From contig OZ059900.1 in NCBI GenBank assembly GCA_964057225.1, forward strand, positions 8,742,001 to 8,806,000: 64,000 nucleotides of DNA, written 5' to 3'. The position numbers and the translations under genes are program-made. This document shows positions 1 through 13,300 of this stretch, piece after piece (position 1 is the first letter of the stretch; each line of letters opens with the position of its first letter). The stretch is from Auanema rhodensis (Eukaryota; Animalia; Nematoda). A model generated the notes under the pieces. It did not search any database and had not been told where the DNA came from. It saw nothing but the letters and a program-made list of their open reading frames with translations.

Positions 1-348
1 AAAAAACCAATAATTCTTGATATTTTCGGTCCTTTTTGACCAAAGTGGTTAAAATTGAACATATATATGTAAAAATAGTCAAAGTTTATGAATCCTGAAT
101 TTCAAATCCATATCTCAAAGGGTCTGATCAAAACATACAGTTTTCACATGTTTTGTACCCAAAATCGTTGAATATATGGCGTTTTGAGCATAAAAAGGCC
201 CATATTTCAATCAGTTTCGATATTCGTGCAAAATACACCTATATCAACATTCTATGACAGTATTCCATACATTTAGTCGTTTTAGAAGAAAAAAATATGC
301 TTAAGATCAAAAGTTTGACTGATTTTGCCAAAATGCCCTTCAATCCCC
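1..348. repeat. Representative monomer (arbitrary phase), ~31% GC, rich in A/T tracts
   Basis: Hand count gives about 107 G+C in 348 bp. It has single BclI (tgatca, 125), PciI (acatgt, 146), HaeIII (ggcc, 197) and AflII (cttaag, 300) sites, which would give a 348-bp restriction ladder. Confidence 0.95.
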
Positions 349-586
349 AAAAAACCAATAATTCTTGATATTTTCGGTCCTTTTTGACCAAAGTGGTTAA
401 AATTGAACATATATATGTAAAAATAGTCAAAGTTTATGAATCCTGAATTTCAAATCCATATCTCAAAGGGTCTGATCAAAACATACAGTTTTCACATGTT
501 TTGTACCCAAAATCGTTGAATATATGGCGTTTTGAGCATAAAAAGGCCCATATTTCAATCAGTTTCGATATTCGTGCAAAATACAC

Positions 587-3500
587 CTATATCAACATTC
601 TATGACAGTATTCCATACATTTAGTCGTTTTAGAAGAAAAAAATATGCTTAAGATCAAAAGTTTGACTGATTTTGCCAAAATGCCCTTCAATCCCCAAAA
701 AACCAATAATTCTTGATATTTTCGGTCCTTTTTGACCAAAGTGGTTAAAATTGAACATATATATGTAAAAATAGTCAAAGTTTATGAATCCTGAATTTCA
801 AATCCATATCTCAAAGGGTCTGATCAAAACATACAGTTTTCACATGTTTTGTACCCAAACTCGTTGAATATATGGCGTTTTGAGCATAAAAAGGCCCATA
901 TTTCAATCAGTTTTGATATTCGTGCAAAATACACCTAAATGAACATTCTATGACAGTATTTCATACATTTAGTCGTTTTAGAAGAAAAAAATATGCTTAA
1001 GATCAAAAGTTTGACTGATTTTGCCAAAATGCCCTTCAATCCCCAAAAAACCAATAATTCTTGATATTTTCGGTCCTTTTTGACCAAAGTGGTTAAAATT
1101 GGACATAAATATGTAAAAATAGTCAAAGTTTATGAATCCTGAATTTCAAATCCATATCTCAAAGGGTCTGATCAAAACATACAGTTTTCACATGTTTTGT
1201 ACCCAAAATCGTTGAATATATGGCGTTTTGAGCATAAAAAGGCCCATATTTCAATCAGTTTCGATATTCGTGCAAAATACACCTATATCAACATTCTATG
1301 ACAGTATTCCATACATTTAGTCGTTTTAGAAGAAAAAAATATGCTTAAGATCAAAAGTTTGACTGATTTTGCCAAAATGCCCTTCAATCCCCAAAAAACC
1401 AATAATTCTTGATATTTTCGGTCCTTTTTGACCAAAGTGGTTAAAATTGGACATAAATATGTAAAAATAGTCAAAGTTCATGAATCGTGAATTTCAAATC
1501 CATATCTCAAAGGTTCTGATCAAAACATACAGTTTTCACATGTTTTGTACCCAAAATCGTTGAATATATGGCGTTTTGAGCATAAAAAGGCCCATATTTC
1601 AATCAGTTTCCATATTCGTGCAAAATACACCTATATCAACATTCTATGACAGTATTCCATACATTTAGTCGTTTTAGAAGAAAAAAATATGCTTAAGATC
1701 AAAAGTTTGACTGATTTAGCCAAAATGTCCTTCAAACCCCAAAAAACCTATAATTCTTGATATTTTCGGTCCTTTCTGACCAAAGTGGTTAAAATTGAAC
1801 ATATATATGTGAAAATAGTCAAAGTTTATGAATCCTGAATTTCAAATTCATATCTCAAAGGGTCTGATCAAAACATACAGTTTTCACATGTTTTGTACCC
1901 AAAATCGTTGAATATATGGCGTTTTGAGCATAAAAAGGCCCATATTTCAATCAGTTTTGATATTCGTGCAAATTACACCTATATCAACATTCTATGACAG
2001 TATTCCATACATTTAGTCGTTTTAGAAGAAAAAAATATGCTTAAGATCAAAAGTTTGACTGATTTTGCCAAAATGCCCTTCAAACCCCAAAAAACCAATA
2101 ATTCTTGATATTTTCGGTCCTTTTTGACCAAAGTGGTTAAAATTGAACATATATATGTAAAAATAGTCAAAGTTTATGAATCCTGAATTTCAAATCCATA
2201 TCTCAAAGGGTCTGATCAAAACATACAGTTTTCACATGTTTTGTACCCAAACTCGTTGAATATATGGCGTTTTGAGCATAAAAAGGCCCATATTTCAATC
2301 AGTTTTGATATTCGTGCAAAATACACCTAAATGAACATTCTATGACAGTATTTCATACATTTAGTCGTTTTAGAAGAAAAAAATATGCTTAAGATCAAAA
2401 GTTTGACTGATTTTGCCAAAATGCCCTTCAATCCCCAAAAAACCAATAATTCTTGATATTTTCGGTCCTTTTTGACCAAAGTGGTTGAAATTGGACATAA
2501 ATATGTAAAAATAGTCAAAGTTCATGAATCGTGAATTTCAAATCCATATCTCAAAGGGTCTGATCAAAACATACAGTTTTCACATGTTTTGTACCCAAAA
2601 TCGTTGAATATATGGCGTTTTGAGCATAAAAAGGCCCATATTTCAATCAGTTTCCATATTCGTGCAAAATACACCTATATCAACATTCTATGACAGTATT
2701 CCATACATTTAGTCGTTTTAGAAGAAAAAAATATGCTTAAGATCAAAAGTTTGACTGATTTTGCCAAAATGCTCTTCAATCCCCAAAAAACCAATAATTC
2801 TTGATGTTTTCGGTCCTTTTTGACCAAAGTGGTTAAAATTGAACATATATATGTAAAAATAGTCAAAGTTTATGAATCCTGAATTTCAAATCCATATCTC
2901 AAAGGGTCTGATCAAAACATACAGTTTTCACATGTTTTGTACCCAAACTCGTTGAATATATGGCGTTTTGAGCATAAAAAGGCCCATATTTCAATCAGTT
3001 TTGATATTCGTGCAAAACAGACCTATATGAACATTCTATGACAGTATTTCATACATTTAGTCGTTTTAGAAGAAAAAAATATGCTTAAGATCAAAAGTTT
3101 GACTGATTTAGCCAAAATGTCCTTCAAACCCCAAAAAACCTATAATTCTTGATATTTTCGGTCCTTTTTGACCAAAGTGGTTAAAATTGAACATATATAT
3201 GTGAAAATAGTCAAAGTTTATGAATCCTGAATTTCAAATCCATATCTCAAAGGGTCTGATCAAAACATACAGTTTTCACATGTTTTGTACCCAAAATCGT
3301 TGAATATATGGCGTTTTGAGCATAAAAAGGCCCATATTTCAATCAGTTTTGATATTCGTGCAAAACAGACCTATATGAACATTCTATGACAGTATTTCAT
3401 ACATTTAGTCGTTTTAGAAGAAAAAAATATGCTTAAGATCAAAAGTTTGACTGATTTAGCCAAAATGTCCTTCAAACCCCAAAAAACCTATAATTCTTGA

Positions 3501-6500
3501 TATTTTCGGTCCTTTTTGACCAAAGTGGTTAAAATTAAACATATATATGTGAAAATAGTCAAAGTTTATGAATCCTGAATTTCAAATTCATATCTCAAAG
3601 GGTCTGATCAAAACATACAGTTTTCACATGTTTTGTACCCAAAATCGTTGAATATATGGCGTTTTGAGCATAAAAAGGCCCATATTTCAATCAGTTTTGA
3701 TATTCGTGCAAATTACACCTATATCAACATTCTATGACAGTATTCCATACATTTAGTCGTTTTAGAAGAAAAAAATATGCTTAAGATCAAAAGTTTGACT
3801 GATTTTGCCAAAATGCCCTTCAAACCCCAAAAAACCAATAATTCTTGATATTTTCGGTCCTTTTTGACCAAAGTGGTTAAAATTGGACATATATATGTGA
3901 AAATAGTCGAAGTTTATGAATCCTGAATTTCAAATCCATATCTCAAAGGGTCTGATCAAAACATACAGTTTTCACATGTTTTGTACCCAAAATCGTTGAA
4001 TATATGGCGTTTTGAGCATAAAAAGGCCCATATTTCAATCAGTTTTGATATTCGTGCAAATTACACCTATATCAACATTCTATGACAGTATTCCATACAT
4101 TTAGTCGTTTTAGAAGAAAAAAATATGCTTAAGATCAAAAGTTTGACTGATTTTGCCAAAATGCTCTTCAATCCCCAAAAAACCAATAATTCTTGATATT
4201 TTCGGTCCTTTTTGACCAAAGTGGTTAAAATTGAACATATATATGTAAAAATAGTCAAAGTTTATGAATCCTGAATTTCAAATCCATATCTCAAAGGGTC
4301 TGATCAAAACATACAGTTTTCACATGTTTTGTACCCAAAATCGTTGAATATATGGCGTTTTGAGCATAAAAAGGCCCATATTTCAATCAGTTTTGATATT
4401 CGTGCAAAATACACCTATATGAACATTCTATGACAGTATTTCATACATTTAGTCGTTTTAGAAGAAAAAAATATGCTTAAGATCAAAAGTTTGACTGATT
4501 TTGCCAAAATGCCCTTCAAACCCCAAAAAACCAATAATTCTTGATATTTTCGGTCCTTTTTGACCAAAGTGGTTAAAATTGGACATAAATATGTAAAATT
4601 AGTCAAAGTTTATGAATCCTGAATTTCAAATCCATATCTCAAAGGGTCTGATCAAAACATACAGTTTCACATGTTTTGTACCCAAAATCGTTGAATATAT
4701 GGCGTTTTGAGCATAAAAAGGCCCATATTTCAATCAGTTTCGATATTCGTGCAAAATACACCTATATCAACATTCTATGACAGTATTCCATACATTTAGT
4801 CGTTTTAGAAGAAAAAAATATGCTTAAGATCAAAAGTTTGACTGATTTTGCCAAAATGCCCTTCAATCCCCAAAAAACCAATAATTCTTGATATTTTCGG
4901 TCCTTTTTGACCAAAGTGGTTAAAATTGAACATATATATGTAAAAATAGTCAAAGTTTATGAATCCTGAATTTCAAATCCATATCTCAAAGGGTCTGATC
5001 AAAACATACAGTTTTCACATGTTTTGTACCCAAACTCGTTGAATATATGGCGTTTTGAGCATAAAAAGGCCCATATTTCAATCAGTTTTGATATTCGTGC
5101 AAAATACACCTAAATGAACATTCTATGACAGTATTTCATACATTTAGTCGTTTTAGAAGAAAAAAATATGCTTAAGATCAAAAGTTTGACTGATTTTGCC
5201 AAAATGCCCTTCAATCCCCAAAAAACCAATAATTCTTGATATTTTCGGTCCTTTTTGACCAAAGTGGTTAAAATTGGACATAAATATGTAAAAATAGTCA
5301 AAGTTTATGAATCCTGAATTTCAAATCCATATCTCAAAGGGTCTGATCAAAACATACAGTTTTCACATGTTTTGTACCCAAAATCGTTGAATATATGGCG
5401 TTTTGAGCATAAAAAGGCCCATATTTCAATCAGTTTCGATATTCGTGCAAAATACACCTATATCAACATTCTATGACAGTATTCCATACATTTAGTCGTT
5501 TTAGAAGAAAAAAATATGCTTAAGATCAAAAGTTTGACTGATTTTGCCAAAATGCCCTTCAATCCCCAAAAAACCAATAATTCTTGATATTTTCGGTCCT
5601 TTTTGACCAAAGTGGTTAAAATTGAACATATATATGTAAAAATAGTCAAAGTTTATGAATCCTGAATTTCAAATCCATATCTCAAAGGGTCTGATCAAAA
5701 CATACAGTTTTCACATGTTTTGTACCCAAAATCGTTGAATATATGGCGTTTTGAGCATAAAAAGGCCCATATTTCAATCAGTTTCGATATTCGTGCAAAA
5801 TACACCTATATCAACATTCTATGACAGTATTCCATACATTTAGTCGTTTTAGAAGAAAAAAATATGCTTAAGATCAAAAGTTTGACTGATTTTGCCAAAA
5901 TGCCCTTCAATCCCCAAAAAACCAATAATTCTTGATATTTTCGGTCCTTTTTGACCAAAGTGGTTAAAATTGAACATATATATGTAAAAATAGTCAAAGT
6001 TTATGAATCCTGAATTTCAAATCCATATCTCAAAGGGTCTGATCAAAACATACAGTTTTCACATGTTTTGTACCCAAAATCGTTGAATATATGGCGTTTT
6101 GAGCATAAAAAGGCCCATATTTCAATCAGTTTCGATATTCGTGCAAAATACACCTATATCAACATTCTATGACAGTATTCCATACATTTAGTCGTTTTAG
6201 AAGAAAAAAATATGCTTAAGATCAAAAGTTTGACTGATTTTGCCAAAATGCCCTTCAATCCCCAAAAAACCAATAATTCTTGATATTTTCGGTCCTTTTT
6301 GACCAAAGTGGTTAAAATTGGACATAAATATGTAAAAATAGTCAAAGTTCATGAATCGTGAATTTCAAATCCATATCTCAAAGGGTCTGATCAAAACATA
6401 CAGTTTTCACATGTTTTGTACCCAAAATCGTTGAATATATGGCGTTTTGAGCATAAAAAGGCCCATATTTCAATCAGTTTCCATATTCGTGCAAAATACA

Positions 6501-9500
6501 CCTATATCAACATTCTATGACAGTATTCCATACATTTAGTCGTTTTAGAAGAAAAAAATATGCTTAAGATCAAAAGTTTGACTGATTTAGCCAAAATGTC
6601 CTTCAAACCCCAAAAAACCTATAATTCTTGATATTTTCGGTCCTTTCTGACCAAAGTGGTTAAAATTGAACATATATATGTGAAAATAGTCAAAGTTTAT
6701 GAATCCTGAATTTCAAATTCATATCTCAAAGGGTCTGATCAAAACATACAGTTTTCACATGTTTTGTACCCAAAATCGTTGAATATATGGCGTTTTGAGC
6801 ATAAAAAGGCCCATATTTCAATCAGTTTTGATATTCGTGCAAATTACACCTATATCAACATTCTATGACAGTATTCCATACATTTAGTCGTTTTAGAAGA
6901 AAAAAATATGCTTAAGATCAAAAGTTTGACTGATTTTGCCAAAATGCCCTTCAAACCCCAAAAAACCAATAATTCTTGATATTTTCGGTCCTTTTTGACC
7001 AAAGTGGTTAAAATTGGACATATATATGTGAAAATAGTCGAAGTTTATGAATCCTGAATTTCAAATCCATATCTCAAAGGGTCTGATCAAAACATACAGT
7101 TTTCACATGTTTTGTACCCAAAATCGTTGAATATATGGCGTTTTGAGCATAAAAAGGCCCATATTTCAATCAGTTTCGATATTCGTGCAAAATACACCTA
7201 TATCAACATTCTATGACAGTATTCCATACATTTAGTCGTTTTAGAAGAAAAAAATATGCTTAAGATCAAAAGTTTGACTGATTTTGCCAAAATGCCCTTC
7301 AATCCCCAAAAAACCAATAATTCTTGATATTTTCGGTCCTTTTTGACCAAAGTGGTTAAAATTGAACATATATATGTAAAAATAGTCAAAGTTTATGAAT
7401 CCTGAATTTCAAATCCATATCTCAAAGGGTCTGATCAAAACATACAGTTTTCACATGTTTTGTACCCAAACTCGTTGAATATATGGCGTTTTGAGCATAA
7501 AAAGGCCCATATTTCAATCAGTTTTGATATTCGTGCAAAATACACCTAAATGAACATTCTATGACAGTATTTCACACATTTAGTCGTTTTAGAAGAAAAA
7601 AATATGCTTAAGATCAAAAGTTTGACTGATTTTGCCAAAATGCCCTTCAATCCCCAAAAAACCAATAATTCTTGATATTTTCGGTCCTTTTTGACCAAAG
7701 TGGTTAAAATTGGACATAAATATGTAAAAATAGTCAAAGTTCATGAATCGTGAATTTCAAATCCATATCTCAAAGGGTCTGATCAAAACATACAGTTTTC
7801 ACATGTTTTGTACCCAAAATCGTTGAATATATGGCGTTTTGAGCATAAAAAGGCCCATATTTCAATCAGTTTCCATATTCGTGCAAAATACACCTATATC
7901 AACATTCTATGACAGTATTCCATACATTTAGTCGTTTTAGAAGAAAAAAATATGCTTAAGATCAAAAGTTTGACTGATTTAGCCAAAATGTCCTTCAAAC
8001 CCCAAAAAACCTATAATTCTTGATATTTTCGGTCCTTTCTGACCAAAGTGGTTAAAATTGAACATATATATGTGAAAATAGTCAAAGTTTATGAATCCTG
8101 AATTTCAAATTCATATCTCAAAGGGTCTGATCAAAACATACAGTTTTCACATGTTTTGTACCCAAAATCGTTGAATATATGGCGTTTTGAGCATAAAAAG
8201 GCCCATATTTCAATCAGTTTTGATATTCGTGCAAATTACACCTATATCAACATTCTATGACAGTATTCCATACATTTAGTCGTTTTAGAAGAAAAAAATA
8301 TGCTTAAGATCAAAAGTTTGACTGATTTTGCCAAAATGCCCTTCAAACCCCAAAAAACCAATAATTCTTGATATTTTCGGTCCTTTTTGACCAAAGTGGT
8401 TAAAATTGGACATATATATGTGAAAATAGTCGAAGTTTATGAATCCTGAATTTCAAATCCATATCTCAAAGGGTCTGATCAAAACATACAGTTTTCACAT
8501 GTTTTGTACCCAAAATCGTTGAATATATGGCGTTTTGAGCATAAAAAGGCCCATATTTCAATCAGTTTCGATATTCGTGCAAAATACACCTATATCAACA
8601 TTCTATGACAGTATTCCATACATTTAGTCGTTTTAGAAGAAAAAAATATGCTTAAGATCAAAAGTTTGACTGATTTTGCCAAAATGCCCTTCAATCCCCA
8701 AAAAACCAATAATTCTTGATATTTTCGGTCCTTTTTGACCAAAGTGGTTAAAATTGAACATATATATGTAAAAATAGTCAAAGTTTATGAATCCTGAATT
8801 TCAAATCCATATCTCAAAGGGTCTGATCAAAACATACAGTTTTCACATGTTTTGTACCCAAACTCGTTGAATATATGGCGTTTTGAGCATAAAAAGGCCC
8901 ATATTTCAATCAGTTTTGATATTCGTGCAAAATACACCTAAATGAACATTCTATGACAGTATTTCATACATTTAGTCGTTTTAGAAGAAAAAAATATGCT
9001 TAAGATCAAAAGTTTGACTGATTTTGCCAAAATGCCCTTCAATCCCCAAAAAACCAATAATTCTTGATATTTTCGGTCCTTTTTGACCAAAGTGGTTAAA
9101 ATTGGACATAAATATGTAAAAATAGTCAAAGTTTATGAATCCTGAATTTCAAATCCATATCTCAAAGGGTCTGATCAAAACATACAGTTTTCACATGTTT
9201 TGTACCCAAAATCGTTGAATATATGGCGTTTTGAGCATAAAAAGGCCCATATTTCAATCAGTTTCGATATTCGTGCAAAATACACCTATATCAACATTCT
9301 ATGACAGTATTCCATACATTTAGTCGTTTTAGAAGAAAAAAATATGCTTAAGATCAAAAGTTTGACTGATTTTGCCAAAATGCCCTTCAATCCCCAAAAA
9401 ACCAATAATTCTTGATATTTTCGGTCCTTTTTGACCAAAGTGGTTAAAATTGGACATAAATATGTAAAAATAGTCAAAGTTCATGAATCGTGAATTTCAA

Positions 9501-10329
9501 ATCCATATCTCAAAGGGTCTGATCAAAACATACAGTTTTCACATGCTTTGTACCCAAAATCGTTGAATATATGGCGTTTTGAGCATAAAAAGGCCCATAT
9601 TTCAATCAGTTTCCATATTCGTGCAAAATACACCTATATCAACATTCTATGACAGTATTCCATACATTTAGTCGTTTTAGAAGAAAAAAATATGCTTAAG
9701 ATCAAAAGTTTGACTGATTTAGCCAAAATGTCCTTCAAACCCCAAAAAACCTATAATTCTTGATATTTTCGGTCCTTTCTGACCAAAGTGGTTAAAATTG
9801 AACATATATATGTGAAAATAGTCAAAGTTTATGAATCCTGAATTTCAAATTCATATCTCAAAGGGTCTGATCAAAACATACAGTTTTCACATGTTTTGTA
9901 CCCAAAATCGTTGAATATATGGCGTTTTGAGCATAAAAAGGCCCATATTTCAATCAGTTTTGATATTCGTGCAAATTACACCTATATCAACATTCTATGA
10001 CAGTATTCCATACATTTAGTCGTTTTAGAAGAAAAAAATATGCTTAAGATCAAAAGTTTGACTGATTTTGCCAAAATGCCCTTCAAACCCCAAAAAACCA
10101 ATAATTCTTGATATTTTCGGTCCTTTTTGACCAAAGTGGTTAAAATTGGACATATATATGTGAAAATAGTCGAAGTTTATGAATCCTGAATTTCAAATCC
10201 ATATCTCAAAGGGTCTGATCAAAACATACAGTTTTCACATGTTTTGTACCCAAAATCGTTGAATATATGGCGTTTTGAGCATAAAAAGGCCCATATTTCA
10301 ATCAGTTTTGATATTCGTGCAAAATACAC
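587..10329. repeat. Left subfamily domain with variable 3-5-mer higher-order repeats
   Basis: Variants seen only here: ttcatgaatcgtga (~1479, 2523, 6350, 7742, 9482), tttccatatt, cctttctgacc, gcaaattacac and cctaaatg. Block 587-1978 is nearly identical to 8590-9981. Confidence 0.85.
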
Positions 10330-13300
10330 CTATATGAACATTTTATGACAGTATTTCATACATTTAGTCGTTTTAGAAGAAAAAAATATGCTTAAGATCA
10401 AAAGTTTGACTGATTTTGCCAAAATGCTCTTCAATCCCCAAAAAACCATTAATTCTTGATATTTTCGGTCCTTTTTGACCAAAGTGGTTAAAATTGAACA
10501 TATATATGTAAAAATAGTCAAAGTTTATGAATCCTGAATTTCAAATCCATATCTCAAAGGGTCTGATCAAAACATACAGTTTTCACATGTTTTGTACCCA
10601 AAATCGTTGAATATATGGCGTTTTGAGCATAAAAAGGCCCATATTTCAATCAGTTTTGATATTCGTGCAAAATACACCTATATGAACATTCTATGACAGT
10701 ATTTCATACATTTAGTCGTTTTAGAAGAAAAAAATATGCTTAAGATCAAAAGTTTGACTGATTTTGCCAAAATGCTCTTCAATCCCCAAAAAACCAATAA
10801 TTCTTGATATTTTCGGTCCTTTTTGACCAAAGTGGTTAAAATTGAACATATATATGTAAAAATAGTCAAAGTTTATGAATCCTGAATTTCAAATCCATAT
10901 CTCAAAGGGTCTGATCAAAACATACAGTTTTCACATGTTTTGTACCCAAAATCGTTGAATATATGGCGTTTTGAGCATAAAAAGGCCCATATTTCAATCA
11001 GTTTTGATATTCGTGCAAAATACACCTATATGAACATTCTATGACAGTATTTCATACATTTAGTCGTTTTAGAAGAAAAAAATATGCTTAAGATCAAAAG
11101 TTTGACTGATTTTGCCAAAATGCCCTTCAAACCCCAAAAAACCAATAATTCTTGATATTTTCGGTCCTTTTTGACCAAAGTGGTTAAAATTGGACATAAA
11201 TATGTAAAATTAGTCAAAGTTTATGAATCCTGAATTTCAAATCCATATCTCAAAGGGTCTGATCAAAACATACAGTTTTCACATGTTTTGTACCCAAAAT
11301 CGTTGAATATATGGCGTTTTGAGCATAAAAAGGCCCATATTTCAATCAGTTTCGATATTCGTGCAAAATACACCTATATCAACATTCTATGACAGTGATG
11401 CATACATTTAGTCGTTTTAGAAGAAAAAAATATGCTTAAGATCAAAAGTTTGACTGATTTTGCCAAAATGCCCTTCAATCCCCAAAAAACCAATAATTCT
11501 TGATATTTTCGGTCCTTTTTGACCAAAGTGGTTAAAATTGAACATATATATGTAAAAATAGTCAAAGTTTATGAATCCTGAATTTCAAATCCATATCTCA
11601 AAGGGTCTGATCAAAACATACAGTTTTCACATGTTTTGTACCCAAACTCGTTGAATATATGGCGTTTTGAGCATAAAAAGGCCCATATTTCAATCAGTTT
11701 TGATATTCGTGCAAAATACACCTATATGAACATTCTATGACAGTATTTCATACATTTAGTCGTTTTAGAAGAGAAAAATATGCTTAAGATCAAAAGTTTG
11801 ACTGATTTTGCCAAAATGCCCTTCAATCCCCAAAAAACCAATAATTCTTGATATTTTCGGTCCTTTTTGACCAAAGTGGTTAAAATTGGACATATATATG
11901 TAAAAATAGTCAAAGTTTATGAATCCTGAATTTCAAATCCATATCTCAAAGGGTCTGATCAAAACATACAGTTTTCACATGTTTTGTACCCAAACTCGTT
12001 GAATATATGGCGTTTTGAGCATAAAAAGGCCCATATTTCAATCAGTTTTGATATTCGTGCAAAACAGACCTATATGAACATTCTATGACAGTATTCCATA
12101 CATTTAGTCGTTTTAGAAGAAAAAAATATGCTTAAGATCAAAAGTTTGACTGATTTAGCCAAAATGTCCTTCAAACCCCAAAAAACCTATAATTCTTGAT
12201 ATTTTCGGTCCTTTTTCACCAAAGTGGTTAAAATTGAACATATATATGTAAAAATAGTCAAAGTTTATGAATCCTGAATTTCAAATCCATATCTCAAAGG
12301 GTCTGATCAAAACATACAGTTTTCACATGTTTTGTACCCAAAATCGTTGAATATATGGCGTTTTGAGCATAAAAAGGCCCATATTTCAATCAGTTTTGAT
12401 ATTCATGCAAAATACACCTATATGGACATTCTATGACAGTATTTCATACATTTAGTCGTTTTAGAAGAGAAAAATATGCTTAAGATCAAAAGTTTGACTG
12501 ATTTTGCCAAAATGCCCTTCAATCCCCAAAAAACCAATAATTCTTGATATTTTCGGTCCTTTGTGACCAAAGTGGTTAAAATTGGACATATATATGTAAA
12601 AATAGTCAAAGTTTATGAATCCTGAATTTCAAATCCATATCTCAAAGGGTCTGATCAAAACATACAGTTTTCACATGTTTTGTACCCAAAATCGTTGAAT
12701 ATATGGCGTTTTGAGCATAAAAAGGCCCATATTTCAATCAGTTTTGATATTCGTGCAAAATACACCTATATGAACATTCTATGACAGTATTTCATACATT
12801 TAGTCGTTTTAGAAGAGAAAAATATGCTTAAGATCAAAAGTTTGACTGATTTTGCCAAAATGCCCTTCAAACCCCAAAAAACCAATAATTCTTGATATTT
12901 TCGGTCCTTTTTGACCAAAGTGGTTAAAATTGAACATATATATGTGAAAATAGTCAAAGTTTATGAATCCTGAATTTCAAATCCATATCTCAAAGGGTCT
13001 GATCAAAACATACAGTTTTCACATGTTTTGTACCCAAAATCGTTGAATATATGGCGTTTTGAGCATAAAAAGGCCCATATTTCAATCAGTTTTGATATTC
13101 GTGCAAAATACACCTATATCAACATTCTATGACAGTATTCCATACATTTAGTCGTTTTAGAAGAAAAAAATATGCTTAAGATCAAAAGTTTGACTGATTT
13201 AGCCAAAATGCCCTTCAAACCCCAAAAAACCAATAATTCTTGATATTTTCGGTCCTTTTTGACCAAAGTGGTTAAAATTGAACATATATATGTAAAAATA

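Noticed and set aside
1-348. 5S rRNA, tRNA, snRNA or spliced-leader gene tandem unit
   Set aside because: I recognised no 5S core, cloverleaf or A/B boxes, and the unit is uniformly AT-rich. An Infernal/Rfam scan would be the definitive test.
1-348. Monomer as a diverged dimer of ~174 bp, or built from subrepeats (caataattc 8, ccatatctc 108, ccatatttc 200)
   Set aside because: I found no convincing alignment of the halves by eye, and the short motifs are unevenly spaced (100, 92, 156).
1-348. Canonical CENP-B box (NTTCGNNNNANNCGGGN)
   Set aside because: TTCG occurs, but there is no CGGG or CCCG in the monomer.
1-348. Assignment to known satellites of similar length (e.g. the ~348-bp radish centromere-associated repeat, or the Drosophila 1.688 family of 353-361 bp)
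   Set aside because: The similarity is in length only. I cannot confirm sequence identity without a database search, and it does not match the 359-bp sequence as I recall it.
1-348. Inferring host methylation or taxon from CpG content
   Set aside because: There are about 6 CpG versus about 8 expected, and two common polymorphisms are CpG/TpG-type. This is too little to conclude anything.
1733-1748. Telomere-like aaaccccaaaa motif
   Set aside because: It occurs at most once per monomer, is polymorphic (aatcccc in many copies) and is not tandem.
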